A DNA stretch of 64,000 bases, from positions 128,001-192,000 of the forward strand of contig OZ271854.1 of assembly GCA_965601925.1 (NCBI GenBank), read 5' to 3'. Made by a program: the position numbers and the translations under genes. Source of the DNA: Alkalispirochaeta sp. Its GTDB lineage: Bacteria > Spirochaetota > Spirochaetia > DSM-27196 > Alkalispirochaetaceae. Of the stretch, positions 31,727 through 40,611 are shown in pieces. How positions within the stretch are numbered: the first letter of the stretch is position 1; every line of letters begins with the position of its first letter. Below the pieces are notes generated by a model. The model was not told the DNA's origin. It searched no databases and saw nothing but the letters and a program-made list of their open reading frames with translations.

Positions 31727-32066
31727 GGACGTCCTCCCATGTATCGTATTCCTCCGAGGTCAAATAGAAGAGATCCCATCCGTTACCCAAATCGTCGTAC
31801 TCGACGCGCCCCCCCAGACTGTCGTCGCTCCGTATCACCATGAAGTCCCCGGGGAGGTCCGGCAGCGTCTCCTTTTTGTACCGCAGAACGGGATAGCCCG
31901 GAACGAGTTTGACGCCGTCGACGCGTCCCCCTTCGGTCTCGACGGAGAGGTGAAAAAAACCGGATCGAGTGTTGTAAACAAGACGCAACGAGGTGCGCAC
32001 GCCGTCCAGATCGATCGTCTGTCTGGTGTCCGCCGATACGCGTTGAAACGTTGGAATCTTTATCAC
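31713..32066 (-). CDS. Small baseplate/tail protein
   Basis: QTIDLDG..LRLVYNTR..DDLGNGWDLFY, typical of this slot in myophage tails. Confidence 0.65.
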   Translation of the reverse strand: MIKIPTFQRVSADTRQTIDLDGVRTSLRLVYNTRSGFFHLSVETEGGRVDGVKLVPGYPVLRYKKETLPDLPGDFMVIRSDDSLGGRVEYDDLGNGWDLFYLTSEEYDTWEDVRGLE

Positions 32067-32644
32067 TACCGCGCCCCCGCTAAATTGCGATCGATCCGCT
32101 CTTGCTGCGCCGGGGATATCGGTTCGGCGGTCGTCTGTCCCACATCGGCCGGGGGAGCGGCCTGACGGCTCACATCATCGCCCATACTCTCGACATCGAT
32201 CGCAACGTCGAGGTTGGCCCGTTTGAGGCTCACCCGCCGTATCGCTTGAAAACTGACATTGAGGGAGATCGCCTCCCCGGTATCGGCGGATCGCTCTACG
32301 CCGACCGACCGGATCGCCACGTCCTCGTACACCCGCATGACCGTCACGATGGTGACCAGCTCTCGACTGCGCCAGAGTCGTTCGATCTCGTTGAAAGCGT
32401 CCTGGGCGCGATTGCTCGTAAGCGCGTCGGTCTTGAGCGAGAAGTTGGAGATGAGGGCGGTGAGCGACCCGGACAGGAGCTCGTTCTCGATGTGGTCGGC
32501 GACGGCGCTCCCGTCCTCGACCGGATGGGAGGTAATACGATTGTTGAAGGTGTGCTCCTCCTTCAGTACCAGATCGAAGGAGAGCGATCCGATACGATAG
32601 TTCCGATTTCCCTGGAAAAAGAGTACTGCCGGTAGTTCAGCCAT
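32066..32644 (-). CDS. Dit-like / tube-initiator baseplate protein
   Basis: FDLVLKEEH..ITSHPVEDGSAVADH motif; follows the tape measure gene. Confidence 0.8.
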   Translation of the reverse strand: MAELPAVLFFQGNRNYRIGSLSFDLVLKEEHTFNNRITSHPVEDGSAVADHIENELLSGSLTALISNFSLKTDALTSNRAQDAFNEIERLWRSRELVTIVTVMRVYEDVAIRSVGVERSADTGEAISLNVSFQAIRRVSLKRANLDVAIDVESMGDDVSRQAAPPADVGQTTAEPISPAQQERIDRNLAGAR

Positions 32645-32646
32645 TC

Positions 32647-34038
32647 CTAAAACTCCGCATCGATAAACAGCTGACGAAGCTCCGCAGCGAACCGTGAGCG
32701 AACCTCGTCGCCCACGCGCTCGGCCACCGCCTCGCCGATCTCATCCGGTTCTCCCTCGACGCCGCTAACGTTCACCGAAATCGGCATGTCGATATGTACA
32801 TCTCCCGCTGCGCCGCGTACGCTCGGAACCATACGATCCAATATCTCCTCGGAGGTCGTGCCGGAACCGGCCAAAAGGGCCGGATCGAACAGCTGTCCCA
32901 CGGCCGGCAACGCCTCAGGGAGCGCCGGTGCCTCGCGAATCGCCGCACCGGTAACGCCGCGCCCCAGGGTGAGCTCCTCCTGCAATCGTAACTCGGTACG
33001 CCCTAAGAAGGCGGCAACGCGATCGACGAGCCGCCCGATAAAGCCGAACGCCTCACGCAGGGGTTGCAGGACCGGCTCGATAAAACGCGTGACATTCTCC
33101 ATGAGGGTCTGCACGAGGCCGCCCGCACGCTCTGCGATCACCCGAATGCCGAGCACGATCACCCGTGTCACCGCTTGGAACATCTCCGCCACTGCATACA
33201 CGATGCCGAAGACCCGCTCCAAATCGGGAATAAAGAGGGTTCGCAGCGCCTCCACGAGCTCTCCGACTATGGCTATCACACCACCCAGAATTGAGGCCGG
33301 CAGGCGCAGAAGCGCCACTGCGCGGCGAATGGGTGCGAGTATCGCCTCGAATAGCGTTCCGAGTCCCTGGACCAAGGGAGGAAGGACGTCGGTGAGCACG
33401 CGCACCGCGTCCTCCAGAATGTCGTTGATCCCGGAGCGCTCGATGAAGCGTATCTGCGCCACCTCCATACGCGATCCGAACTCGGCAACGGCACCTCCCA
33501 GGCCCTCGAAATCGACGCGTGTAGCGGCGGCCTCCTCGGCGACGGCCTGCAATCGCAGGGGCATCTCCGCGATGATCTCGTTGACGCTCAACCCCTCGTC
33601 GGCGAGGCTCACTTGGACCGCCGCGACCTCAGCGGTGGAAAGCACGCTCGTCTCGGCGGCCGAAAGCGTCGCCTCATTTAGCCGCTCCATCTCCTCCGCT
33701 GAGGCTCCCGTGGCGCGTCGGACGCTCTGCATCGCCTCCTCGAAACGTATGAAGGTCTCGGTCGCTGTGGCGATCCCTTGAATCGCCAGAACCGTCGCCT
33801 CTACCGCGAGAGCGACCGGCGAGATCGAAGCGGCGACGGAGTCGAGTCCCGGGACAATCTCCCCGAGCTGTTTGAGCGGCTCGGCAACCGCCTCGGTTTG
33901 AGCGCTGAATCTTTCATTGAACCCTCTCAATGAGGAGTCGACTGCGGACAGACCTCGGCCCACCTCGTTGGCGATGCCGTCCAGAGAGGACGCATCGAAC
34001 TGAACGCCGACCTTGTCCGCCAGCTCGCCAATCGTCAC
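32647..34038 (-). CDS. Tape measure protein (short, 463 aa)
   Basis: Helical and Ala/Leu-rich; partial TP901-type segment FEEAMQSVRRATGASAEEMERL; position after the chaperone. Confidence 0.8.
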   Translation of the reverse strand: MTIGELADKVGVQFDASSLDGIANEVGRGLSAVDSSLRGFNERFSAQTEAVAEPLKQLGEIVPGLDSVAASISPVALAVEATVLAIQGIATATETFIRFEEAMQSVRRATGASAEEMERLNEATLSAAETSVLSTAEVAAVQVSLADEGLSVNEIIAEMPLRLQAVAEEAAATRVDFEGLGGAVAEFGSRMEVAQIRFIERSGINDILEDAVRVLTDVLPPLVQGLGTLFEAILAPIRRAVALLRLPASILGGVIAIVGELVEALRTLFIPDLERVFGIVYAVAEMFQAVTRVIVLGIRVIAERAGGLVQTLMENVTRFIEPVLQPLREAFGFIGRLVDRVAAFLGRTELRLQEELTLGRGVTGAAIREAPALPEALPAVGQLFDPALLAGSGTTSEEILDRMVPSVRGAAGDVHIDMPISVNVSGVEGEPDEIGEAVAERVGDEVRSRFAAELRQLFIDAEF

Positions 34039-34346
34039 GTCGCGCCTCGCGCCTCGCGGTGCGTCGCTTCACGTCCCCGCTCGGCCGCCTCAATATCGTC
34101 TTGCATGTCCAACAGCGCGTTTACTCGCAAGATCTCCTCAAGACTCCACGTGTCGAGGTCGCGCAGGCTTAGCCTCATCTTCACCACGAGCCTCCAATAC
34201 GGCCACTCCGACTCTATGCGCCTCGAGACGTTGCCGACGTTGCCGAGCCGTTCGCTCCGTCGTCGCGACTCGTCTCGTCCGCGGCGGAGGTACGGATTGT
34301 GCTCGTTAGGTTGCCAATCCCGAGCTTCTCGGCGAGGGCGAAAGGG
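34035..34346 (-). CDS. gpT-like -1 frameshift extension of the tail assembly chaperone
   Basis: Open -1 frame from slippery C CCT TTC (34346-34340) to TGA 34037-34035; ...SEWPYWRLVVKMRLSLRDLDTWSLEEILRVNALLDMQDD... Confidence 0.75.
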   Translation of the reverse strand, partial: PFRPRREARDWQPNEHNPYLRRGRDESRRRSERLGNVGNVSRRIESEWPYWRLVVKMRLSLRDLDTWSLEEILRVNALLDMQDDIEAAERGREATHREARGAT

Positions 34347-34717
34347 CTGAAGTGGTTCCTCTTCATGACCTCGAAGGCGAGCGTGTACAGATCGACGATC
34401 GGTACGCCCTGGAGCGCGCTATCGAAGGTATCGTCGTCGATCTGCTCCGGAGCCCGTCCGGGACGCGAGACCTGAACGCACCCGAACAACTCGGTCAACA
34501 CCGCAACAAACTGATCGGAGGACAACGACCGTAGCGCCCGGGAGATACCGTCGAAGAGTACGCCGGCATCCAGGTTTCTCCAATCGCTCACACTCCCGCC
34601 GAGCCCGCCGGCCGCACTCATTACAAGCTCCATGATGGTCTTGTCGAGGCGCAACGCAACCCTCGGCTTCAATCGATGTATCACGTAGGTATTACCGCCG
34701 ATCGTTACTTTGTCCAC
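34214..34717 (-). CDS. Tail assembly chaperone (gpG-like)
   Basis: Lies between tube and tape measure; VTIGGNTY.. and LYTLAFEVMKRNHFSPF; GAGGAG RBS. Confidence 0.8.
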   Translation of the reverse strand: MDKVTIGGNTYVIHRLKPRVALRLDKTIMELVMSAAGGLGGSVSDWRNLDAGVLFDGISRALRSLSSDQFVAVLTELFGCVQVSRPGRAPEQIDDDTFDSALQGVPIVDLYTLAFEVMKRNHFSPFALAEKLGIGNLTSTIRTSAADETSRDDGANGSATSATSRGA

Positions 34718-34744
34718 CGCACGCTCCTCTCTTCGCCGCCGATT

Positions 34745-35185
34745 CTAGAGAATGTTTCCACCACTCACCTTAACGCTGGCACCGGTGTCGAACCGCCACT
34801 GCCGACTGCTCATGGAGTCGCTGAACTCGTCGTCCGGATCCTTGCCGATCCACGATTGCGGCGCGGTAAAGAGCGACAGCCCGTTGAGATCCTTTATCAG
34901 CAACGGAAACTTTCCCGTATTGGTAAGACGATCCTGCTCGAGGATACCGGAGAGGGCGTCGTTGGTAATGCTTGTCTGTTTGAGCGTAAGAGTCACCGAG
35001 AAGTCTCCCGCGTTCAGATTCACCCGATCGATGCCGCCGTCGGCGCCGCGAACCTTCTCAAACAGGTCGCCGTTGCGGGCAATCTGCACAAAGGTGCCCG
35101 AGGCGTAGCCGGTCACGATCACCGGACCGAAGGTAACGACGATCTGTTTGGGGTCGTAGGTGCGAACTATCGGATCTGCTGGCAT
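34745..35185 (-). CDS. Tail tube protein (DUF3277-like)
   Basis: RTYDPKQIVVTFG; GADG; TLTLKQTSITN; follows the sheath gene. Confidence 0.85.
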   Translation of the reverse strand: MPADPIVRTYDPKQIVVTFGPVIVTGYASGTFVQIARNGDLFEKVRGADGGIDRVNLNAGDFSVTLTLKQTSITNDALSGILEQDRLTNTGKFPLLIKDLNGLSLFTAPQSWIGKDPDDEFSDSMSSRQWRFDTGASVKVSGGNIL

Positions 35186-35201
35186 TAATCTCTCCTTCTA
35201 C

Positions 35202-36530
35202 CTATACCGTTACGGTTCCGGCGATCTTGACTTTGTGAATCGCCCCTTGCAGGTCGGCCTCGAAGGTCACGTCCGGCAGGCTGCGATTGGCTTTGTCGGT
35301 CTGCGAAACGTCGGCAGCCCTGGGCACCGACACCGCGACGGACTCGCCGACGAGCAGTTGACGCCGCGCCGCCTCGTCGAGGACGCCGCGTACCAACCCT
35401 TCGATGAGCGCGATTCCCGCGTCGGTAAAAGGGATCTTGTCGTTATTGATCAGGGATCCGAAGACCTCTTCCTGGAGTCTCGACTCCAACCAGTCGATGC
35501 CGCGAATAATGTCTACATACTCGCCGGAGGCGACGGTGCCGAACTGGGTCACCGGCACCCCCGCTACCTCGGTGTAGGTGTTGGCACGCTTGTCGAGCAC
35601 CTCGGTGCGCTGGGTTGTGGTAAGCTCGTAGGCCGCGACCCCCGCGATCGTCTTGTGGGCCCACGTCGCCGAACCGGGATTCTTCGGAAGCATCACCCCG
35701 TTAATGCCCGCGGTGGGATACTGCGCAGCCTCGGGATGGTACCACACCGAGGCGCGATCGAGATTCTGCGTCGTAGCCCATGCGGCGATATCGTTGGTGT
35801 CGGAAGTCGGCGGGTAATAGTAGGTCACCGCGCCGGTAGGTTGGCTCGCCCCACCGGTGACGGCTGCCTCGACGGTCACCACAGGACCGGTGGTCGCGAC
35901 GATAATCGTTCTGTTGTTACCGTCCACCGGATCGACGATCGCGGCAAACCCGGCGTTACGAATGGCCGTCGCAACCGCACCGAGAGTCGTTGCCTGATCG
36001 GCGGCGAATGGTACCGGGTCGACAGCCGTTACGGTACCGTTTACCGTAAGGCTCACCGCAATCTCGTTACTCGCGACAAAGTCGGCGCTGAACACGATCC
36101 GGGCGATATCGACGGCATCAATGAAGCAGATCTTCTTCTGCGTCGAGGCCCAATTCGCGGCGCTTTGTTGGTGTTCCGGTGCGAGGCTATCGATCACGAA
36201 GGTGTACCAGTTGTCGGTGGCAAGTTGGATCGCGCTCAGTGCGTCGGCCCACGTCGCGTCCGTTGCATCCTTACGCCCGACCATGACACGCGTCGGTCTC
36301 GGATTTTGTGAGAACACCTTCTGCGCGATCTTGTACACGCCGTCTCCGGCGCCCCACCCGTCGTCCGCCATCTCCTGGATGCCCGAGTAATAGCGGTGTC
36401 GCGGAAAGGATACGACCGTCTTACCCGGATCAAACTCACCTACGACGGCGAAGACGCCGAAGGACGCGCGCGCGACCGCTTGCGTCTGCCTTGTAATGTC
36501 GACCTGCACGATCTCGTTGAGTGCGCTCAT
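35202..36530 (-). CDS. Contractile tail sheath (DUF3383-like)
   Basis: IVQVDI; FSQNPRP; PGSATWAHKTIAGV; GEYVDIIRGIDWL; KIPFTDAG; GAIHKV. Confidence 0.88.
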   Translation of the reverse strand: MSALNEIVQVDITRQTQAVARASFGVFAVVGEFDPGKTVVSFPRHRYYSGIQEMADDGWGAGDGVYKIAQKVFSQNPRPTRVMVGRKDATDATWADALSAIQLATDNWYTFVIDSLAPEHQQSAANWASTQKKICFIDAVDIARIVFSADFVASNEIAVSLTVNGTVTAVDPVPFAADQATTLGAVATAIRNAGFAAIVDPVDGNNRTIIVATTGPVVTVEAAVTGGASQPTGAVTYYYPPTSDTNDIAAWATTQNLDRASVWYHPEAAQYPTAGINGVMLPKNPGSATWAHKTIAGVAAYELTTTQRTEVLDKRANTYTEVAGVPVTQFGTVASGEYVDIIRGIDWLESRLQEEVFGSLINNDKIPFTDAGIALIEGLVRGVLDEAARRQLLVGESVAVSVPRAADVSQTDKANRSLPDVTFEADLQGAIHKVKIAGTVTV

Positions 36531-37054
36531 ATCGCCTTACCTCCTATAGTCCCCTGGTATTGGACCGTTTCGATGTAACCCGGCCGGTAGGTGGTGACAC
36601 TTACCAGTCCGATACGGATTTTCACTGAATGTCTGTAGCGCCACTGTCCGCCGATCTGTCCCGAAGTCTCCGCGATTTCCGACTCCTCGCCGCGGTACGC
36701 CAGATTGGCCGCGGCGAAGCGATCCCTGATATCCTGCCGGTCCTGACTCTCGATCAGACGCCGCAACCGGTCGCCAAAGCCGTTGACCTCCGCAAGACTC
36801 CAGGTATCTTCATAGTCGTTGACGATCGTCTGATTGCCGAGTGCATCGACCGCGCCGACTTGTCCTCTACCCATGCGGACACGGGCCGGACGTGCATCGA
36901 TTATCACGTAGGGCCCCGTGGGGTCCGGCACCGATGGAACGGCCCCCTCTTGAGAGACGACGATGGAAATGCTTTCGCCTCCATCGATGTTGAGGACGAA
37001 ATCGATCCAACCGTGGATCTCCTGTCGCACCTCTTCGACCGTCGTTGCGCCCAT
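36527..37054 (-). CDS. Putative neck/tail terminator (cap) protein
   Basis: Overlaps the sheath start; P.PTGPYVII motif; size and position. Confidence 0.6.
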   Translation of the reverse strand: MGATTVEEVRQEIHGWIDFVLNIDGGESISIVVSQEGAVPSVPDPTGPYVIIDARPARVRMGRGQVGAVDALGNQTIVNDYEDTWSLAEVNGFGDRLRRLIESQDRQDIRDRFAAANLAYRGEESEIAETSGQIGGQWRYRHSVKIRIGLVSVTTYRPGYIETVQYQGTIGGKAI

Positions 37055-37084
37055 CAACTCGTTATCTCGTCACCTTCGCGTTCA

Positions 37085-37366
37085 TCACGACGTGCGCCGA
37101 GAGACGGTTCGCTTGCGACCCTTTTTTTGAGAGGTGGAGACGCTCCCGGAAGCACCCGGTCGCGAGCCTAACTCTTCGCCGTGCTCACGCTCCACCACGA
37201 TTACTCCGCGCCGCACCAGATCGCGTAGTCCCGTCCGGACGGCGCCCCAGTCGACGGCGGAAACCTCGTTGAGTCCCGGAAGCAGAGTGATATCCCGCAT
37301 GTGGACACCGTTATCGGCGACGACAGGGAATTTCTCTACGCTGTCTCGCGTCCACCGTATGATCAT
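37085..37366 (-). CDS. Small phage-like protein, first gene of the tail operon
   Basis: GAGGA RBS; ITLLPGLNEV..DW motif; basic C-terminal tail. Confidence 0.6.
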   Translation of the reverse strand: MIIRWTRDSVEKFPVVADNGVHMRDITLLPGLNEVSAVDWGAVRTGLRDLVRRGVIVVEREHGEELGSRPGASGSVSTSQKKGRKRTVSRRTS

Positions 37367-37523
37367 ACGTCGTCCTCAGTTAAAATTGATTTATTTAAAG
37401 GCTATTTATTATATAATGCTAGCATAGTTATCTTACATAGTACTGCTGCATTATGGCAATAAAAATCTACCTATTCATTCCTGAGGAAAAGTATGCGGTA
37501 AGTGTGATATAGATAATCTTCGA
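37367..37523 (-). promoter_or_regulatory. AT-rich leader / promoter region of the tail operon
   Basis: Sharply AT-rich; TATAAT on - strand (37413-37408); palindromes ATTATATAAT 37408-37417 and ATGCTAGCAT 37416-37425. Confidence 0.6.
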
Positions 37524-38399
37524 TTACTCTAAAAACTTTGGCCAATCTTCCTTCAGCAAGCGCGAGAGCGCTCGGTCGGCAAGGAGCTTGCCGCCGGTCT
37601 GGCAGGTGGCACAGTAGTTCGTCTCGTTCTCGGCGTAGCGGATACGTTGCACCGCCGAACCGCATCGCGGGCACGGCCGGCCGTACTTGCCGTGCACGGC
37701 CAGTTCGTCACGGAAGGCGGTAACTTTATCGGGAAACCCGTCTCCAACCTCAGCGGCGATCGTCTCGTACATACGCGCCAATACGGCGCGTGTCGCCTCG
37801 AAGAGGCGCTCCATCTCGCCGTCGGTCATCTTGCCGGTCTGCAAAAAGGGCGACAATCGCGCCTCATGTAGGATCTCGTCGGAGCAGGTGTTACCGACGC
37901 CGCTGATGATGCGGGGGTCGGTGAGGGAACGTTTGATCGTATGATTCTCCCGTCGGAACGCGGCGGCGAACTGCGCTCCGTCCGCCTCGAACACCTCAAT
38001 CCCGCCGGGGTTGTGTCCGGCGAGCCCGTCCTCTCCTCTCACAAGGTGGATCGAGGCTCGGCGCTTGGAGCCCGCCTCGGTAAAATGGAGCGCATCCTCA
38101 CCGAAGGAGAAGACCGCCAACGTCCGCCGACGGTCGACCTTCTTACTCGCTTTGTGCATCCGGAGTCGTCCGGCGATCATGAGGTGCACGACCACCCACA
38201 CGTCCTCGGGAAAGCCGAGGGCGATGCGCTTGCCGATGCGTCGAACGGCGAGGAGCTCGCGTCCCGCTACCGCGTCAATCGGAGGATCGACGGTCCGCAA
38301 CACGAAGGGATTGACGATATTCAGCGATTCCATAACGCGCGTGCGGAAGAGCGCATCGAGGCGTTCCACGTAGACACGCACGTCCGGGTATTCGGGCAT
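37524..38399 (-). CDS. Fpg/Nei-family DNA glycosylase
   Basis: MPEYPDV N-terminus; H2TH GVGNTCSDEIL; zinc finger CPRC..CATC. Confidence 0.9.
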   Translation of the reverse strand: MPEYPDVRVYVERLDALFRTRVMESLNIVNPFVLRTVDPPIDAVAGRELLAVRRIGKRIALGFPEDVWVVVHLMIAGRLRMHKASKKVDRRRTLAVFSFGEDALHFTEAGSKRRASIHLVRGEDGLAGHNPGGIEVFEADGAQFAAAFRRENHTIKRSLTDPRIISGVGNTCSDEILHEARLSPFLQTGKMTDGEMERLFEATRAVLARMYETIAAEVGDGFPDKVTAFRDELAVHGKYGRPCPRCGSAVQRIRYAENETNYCATCQTGGKLLADRALSRLLKEDWPKFLE

Positions 38400-38439
38400 G
38401 TGTTCAATGTAGCGGGCGGTCGCCGCGTCGGCTACTCGA

Positions 38440-40392
38440 TCAACTCCTCTTGCGCCCCACGCCCTGACGGTTGGTGAGGAGCTTCACCGAGCTGAGATCC
38501 TTGGTCGAGAGACGCACACCGGCGGCGCGCACTCCCTTTACCAGGTAGTCGTCGATGAGAAAATCCTCTTCGAGTTTCTGTATACGCGGCTTTTTTTTGT
38601 AACGAAGGCGCACGATAACGTTCGTGCGCGTAGTGAGCAACAGCGCCTTCGCCTCGTCGGGAACGAGTGCGTACTCTTTTTCAAGAATGTACTGCTCGAT
38701 GGTACACCGCTTGAGATAGGTCTCACCGGCGGCGTTGCGATACACTACCGAGAAGATACGTTCCGCGAGGGAATCTTTGTCGGCGAGTCCGGCGTACAGC
38801 ATTCCCGTGCCGACAAAGAGCTTCTCGGGCGCGGAGATGACGCGGTACTTCGCCGTGCCGTCGATCACGAGAACGCGGTCGTACTGAGAGACCGCCTCGA
38901 TTTCGCGCAGTGTTCCTTCGCCGGCGGTACCGCGCAGCTGCGTACCGAGATAGCCTTCGCCGGCGTCGTAGGAGAGCATCAGGTCGCGAACCGCCGCCTC
39001 GCGCACGTCGACCTTTTCGAATCCGGTGATCTGCGTTCGCCGGGGGAAGCGCGCACCGTGCTTCTCCAAGACGCCGTCGAGGAATCCCAGAGCGTACGTC
39101 GTAAGGTCGGCAAGATGCACGGTGATCTCGTCCAGTCGAGCGCGAATCGCATCGACCTCTTCGCGGTTCTTTTCGATGTCGTAGAGCGATATACGACGAA
39201 TGGGAATCTTGAGCAGCCGCTCGATGTCCTCAGTGGTGATTGCTCGGATGAGCTCCTTCTTAAACGGCTCGAATCCGGTACGCACCGCCGAGACGACTCC
39301 GTCGTGTGTACGCTCCTCCTCGATGCGTTTGTAGATTCGCTCCTCCACGAAGATCCGTTCCAGGGTCCGCATGTGAAGGCGATCCATCAAATCGGCGCGC
39401 TCGTGTTTCAGCTCTTGTTCCAGGAGCGTCACCAACCGTTCGGCGTGGTGCGCGATTACCTCCGAGACGGTCATCTGCCGCGGCTTGTCCTCGGCGATGA
39501 CCAACAGGTTCACCGAAATCGATTGCTCACAATCGGTGAAGGCAAACAGACCGTCCACGACATCCTGAGTGTAGACGCCTCGGGGAAGGCGAATTTCGAT
39601 CTCGACCTTCTCGGTCGTGTAGTCGTTGATTTGGGCGATCTTGATCTTACCGCGCCGCGCCGCGCTCTCGATTGAGTTGGTAAGGCTCTCGGTGGTGGTG
39701 CCGTGGGGGAGCTCGCGGATCACGATCCGTTTGTCGTCGGTCGTGTCGAGCTTTGCGCGTACCAGCACCTTCCCCTGCCCGTCGGCGTACTCCGAGACGT
39801 CCATGAGCCCCCCGGTCGGCACGTCGGGAAAAAGTTCCACCGATTCGCCTCGCAACCGCGCCTGGACCGCCTCGATCACCTCGCGAAAATTGTGCGGCAG
39901 AATGCGCGTCGACATACCGACGGCTATTCCTTCGGCGCCCAGAATGAGCCCCAGGGGAATCTTAGCCGGAAAGACGACCGGCTCCCGGTTACGTCCGTCG
40001 TAGCTGTCGACGTACTCGGTAAGCTCGCTTTTCCACAGGATCTCCCGGGCGATCGGATTAATCCGACACTCGATATATCGCGGCGCAGAAGCGGCGTCGC
40101 CGGTATAAATGTTGCCGAAGTTACCCTGCTGATCGATGAAGATCTCTTTCTGTGCCAAGACGACCAGAGCGTCGGTGATCGATGCGTCGCCGTGGGGGTG
40201 GTACTTCATGCAGTGGCCGACGACGTTGGCCACCTTGTGAAACTTGCCGTCGTCTATCTCCAAGAGGGAGTGGAGGATACGTCGTTGTACCGGTTTCAGG
40301 CCGTCGTCGAGATGCGGGATCGCGCGATCCTTAATGACGTAGCTCGCGTACTCGAGAAAATTGCGGTTGAAGAGCGTGTTGACGTATGCCAT
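38440..40392 (-). CDS. parC: DNA topoisomerase IV subunit A
   Basis: DRAIPHLDDGLKPVQRR; KYHPHGDAS; APRYIE. Confidence 0.9.
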   Translation of the reverse strand: MAYVNTLFNRNFLEYASYVIKDRAIPHLDDGLKPVQRRILHSLLEIDDGKFHKVANVVGHCMKYHPHGDASITDALVVLAQKEIFIDQQGNFGNIYTGDAASAPRYIECRINPIAREILWKSELTEYVDSYDGRNREPVVFPAKIPLGLILGAEGIAVGMSTRILPHNFREVIEAVQARLRGESVELFPDVPTGGLMDVSEYADGQGKVLVRAKLDTTDDKRIVIRELPHGTTTESLTNSIESAARRGKIKIAQINDYTTEKVEIEIRLPRGVYTQDVVDGLFAFTDCEQSISVNLLVIAEDKPRQMTVSEVIAHHAERLVTLLEQELKHERADLMDRLHMRTLERIFVEERIYKRIEEERTHDGVVSAVRTGFEPFKKELIRAITTEDIERLLKIPIRRISLYDIEKNREEVDAIRARLDEITVHLADLTTYALGFLDGVLEKHGARFPRRTQITGFEKVDVREAAVRDLMLSYDAGEGYLGTQLRGTAGEGTLREIEAVSQYDRVLVIDGTAKYRVISAPEKLFVGTGMLYAGLADKDSLAERIFSVVYRNAAGETYLKRCTIEQYILEKEYALVPDEAKALLLTTRTNVIVRLRYKKKPRIQKLEEDFLIDDYLVKGVRAAGVRLSTKDLSSVKLLTNRQGVGRKRS

Positions 40393-40611
40393 TGCTGGCG
40401 ATTTTCCACAAAAGGCGCCGCGATGTCACGGGGTCGCCCACCGATTCTCACCAGGATGCAAACTGCAAGGAGCACACGGGGCATCACCCTCATGTGCGCT
40501 TCTCCTCCGAACACACGCGCCGGGGGCGCCTACCGCCCCCTTTCGTATCGGGAACGGTCGGACATCGGTGTCCGTAGTGATCGGTTGCCGGCGCTTCGGT
40601 ATGATAGAGGG

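Larger units (their letters stand above)
25048..37366 (-). other. Headless contractile phage-tail operon (candidate tailocin / contractile injection system)
   Basis: 15 co-oriented, mostly abutting genes in myophage tail order; no head, packaging, integration, replication or holin genes between the flanks. Confidence 0.85.

Noticed and set aside
25048..37366. Complete prophage
   Set aside because: No integrase, att repeats, terminase, portal, capsid, replication or lysis cassette in or beside the cluster
25048..37366. T6SS or canonical Afp/PVC eCIS
   Set aside because: No membrane complex, ClpV/AAA+ ATPase or split sheath; it has a tape measure, G/GT chaperone and fibre typical of phage tails
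39703..40611. 550-aa version of the AraC ORF
   Set aside because: The upstream part is antisense to parC; the true start is likely ATG 40612
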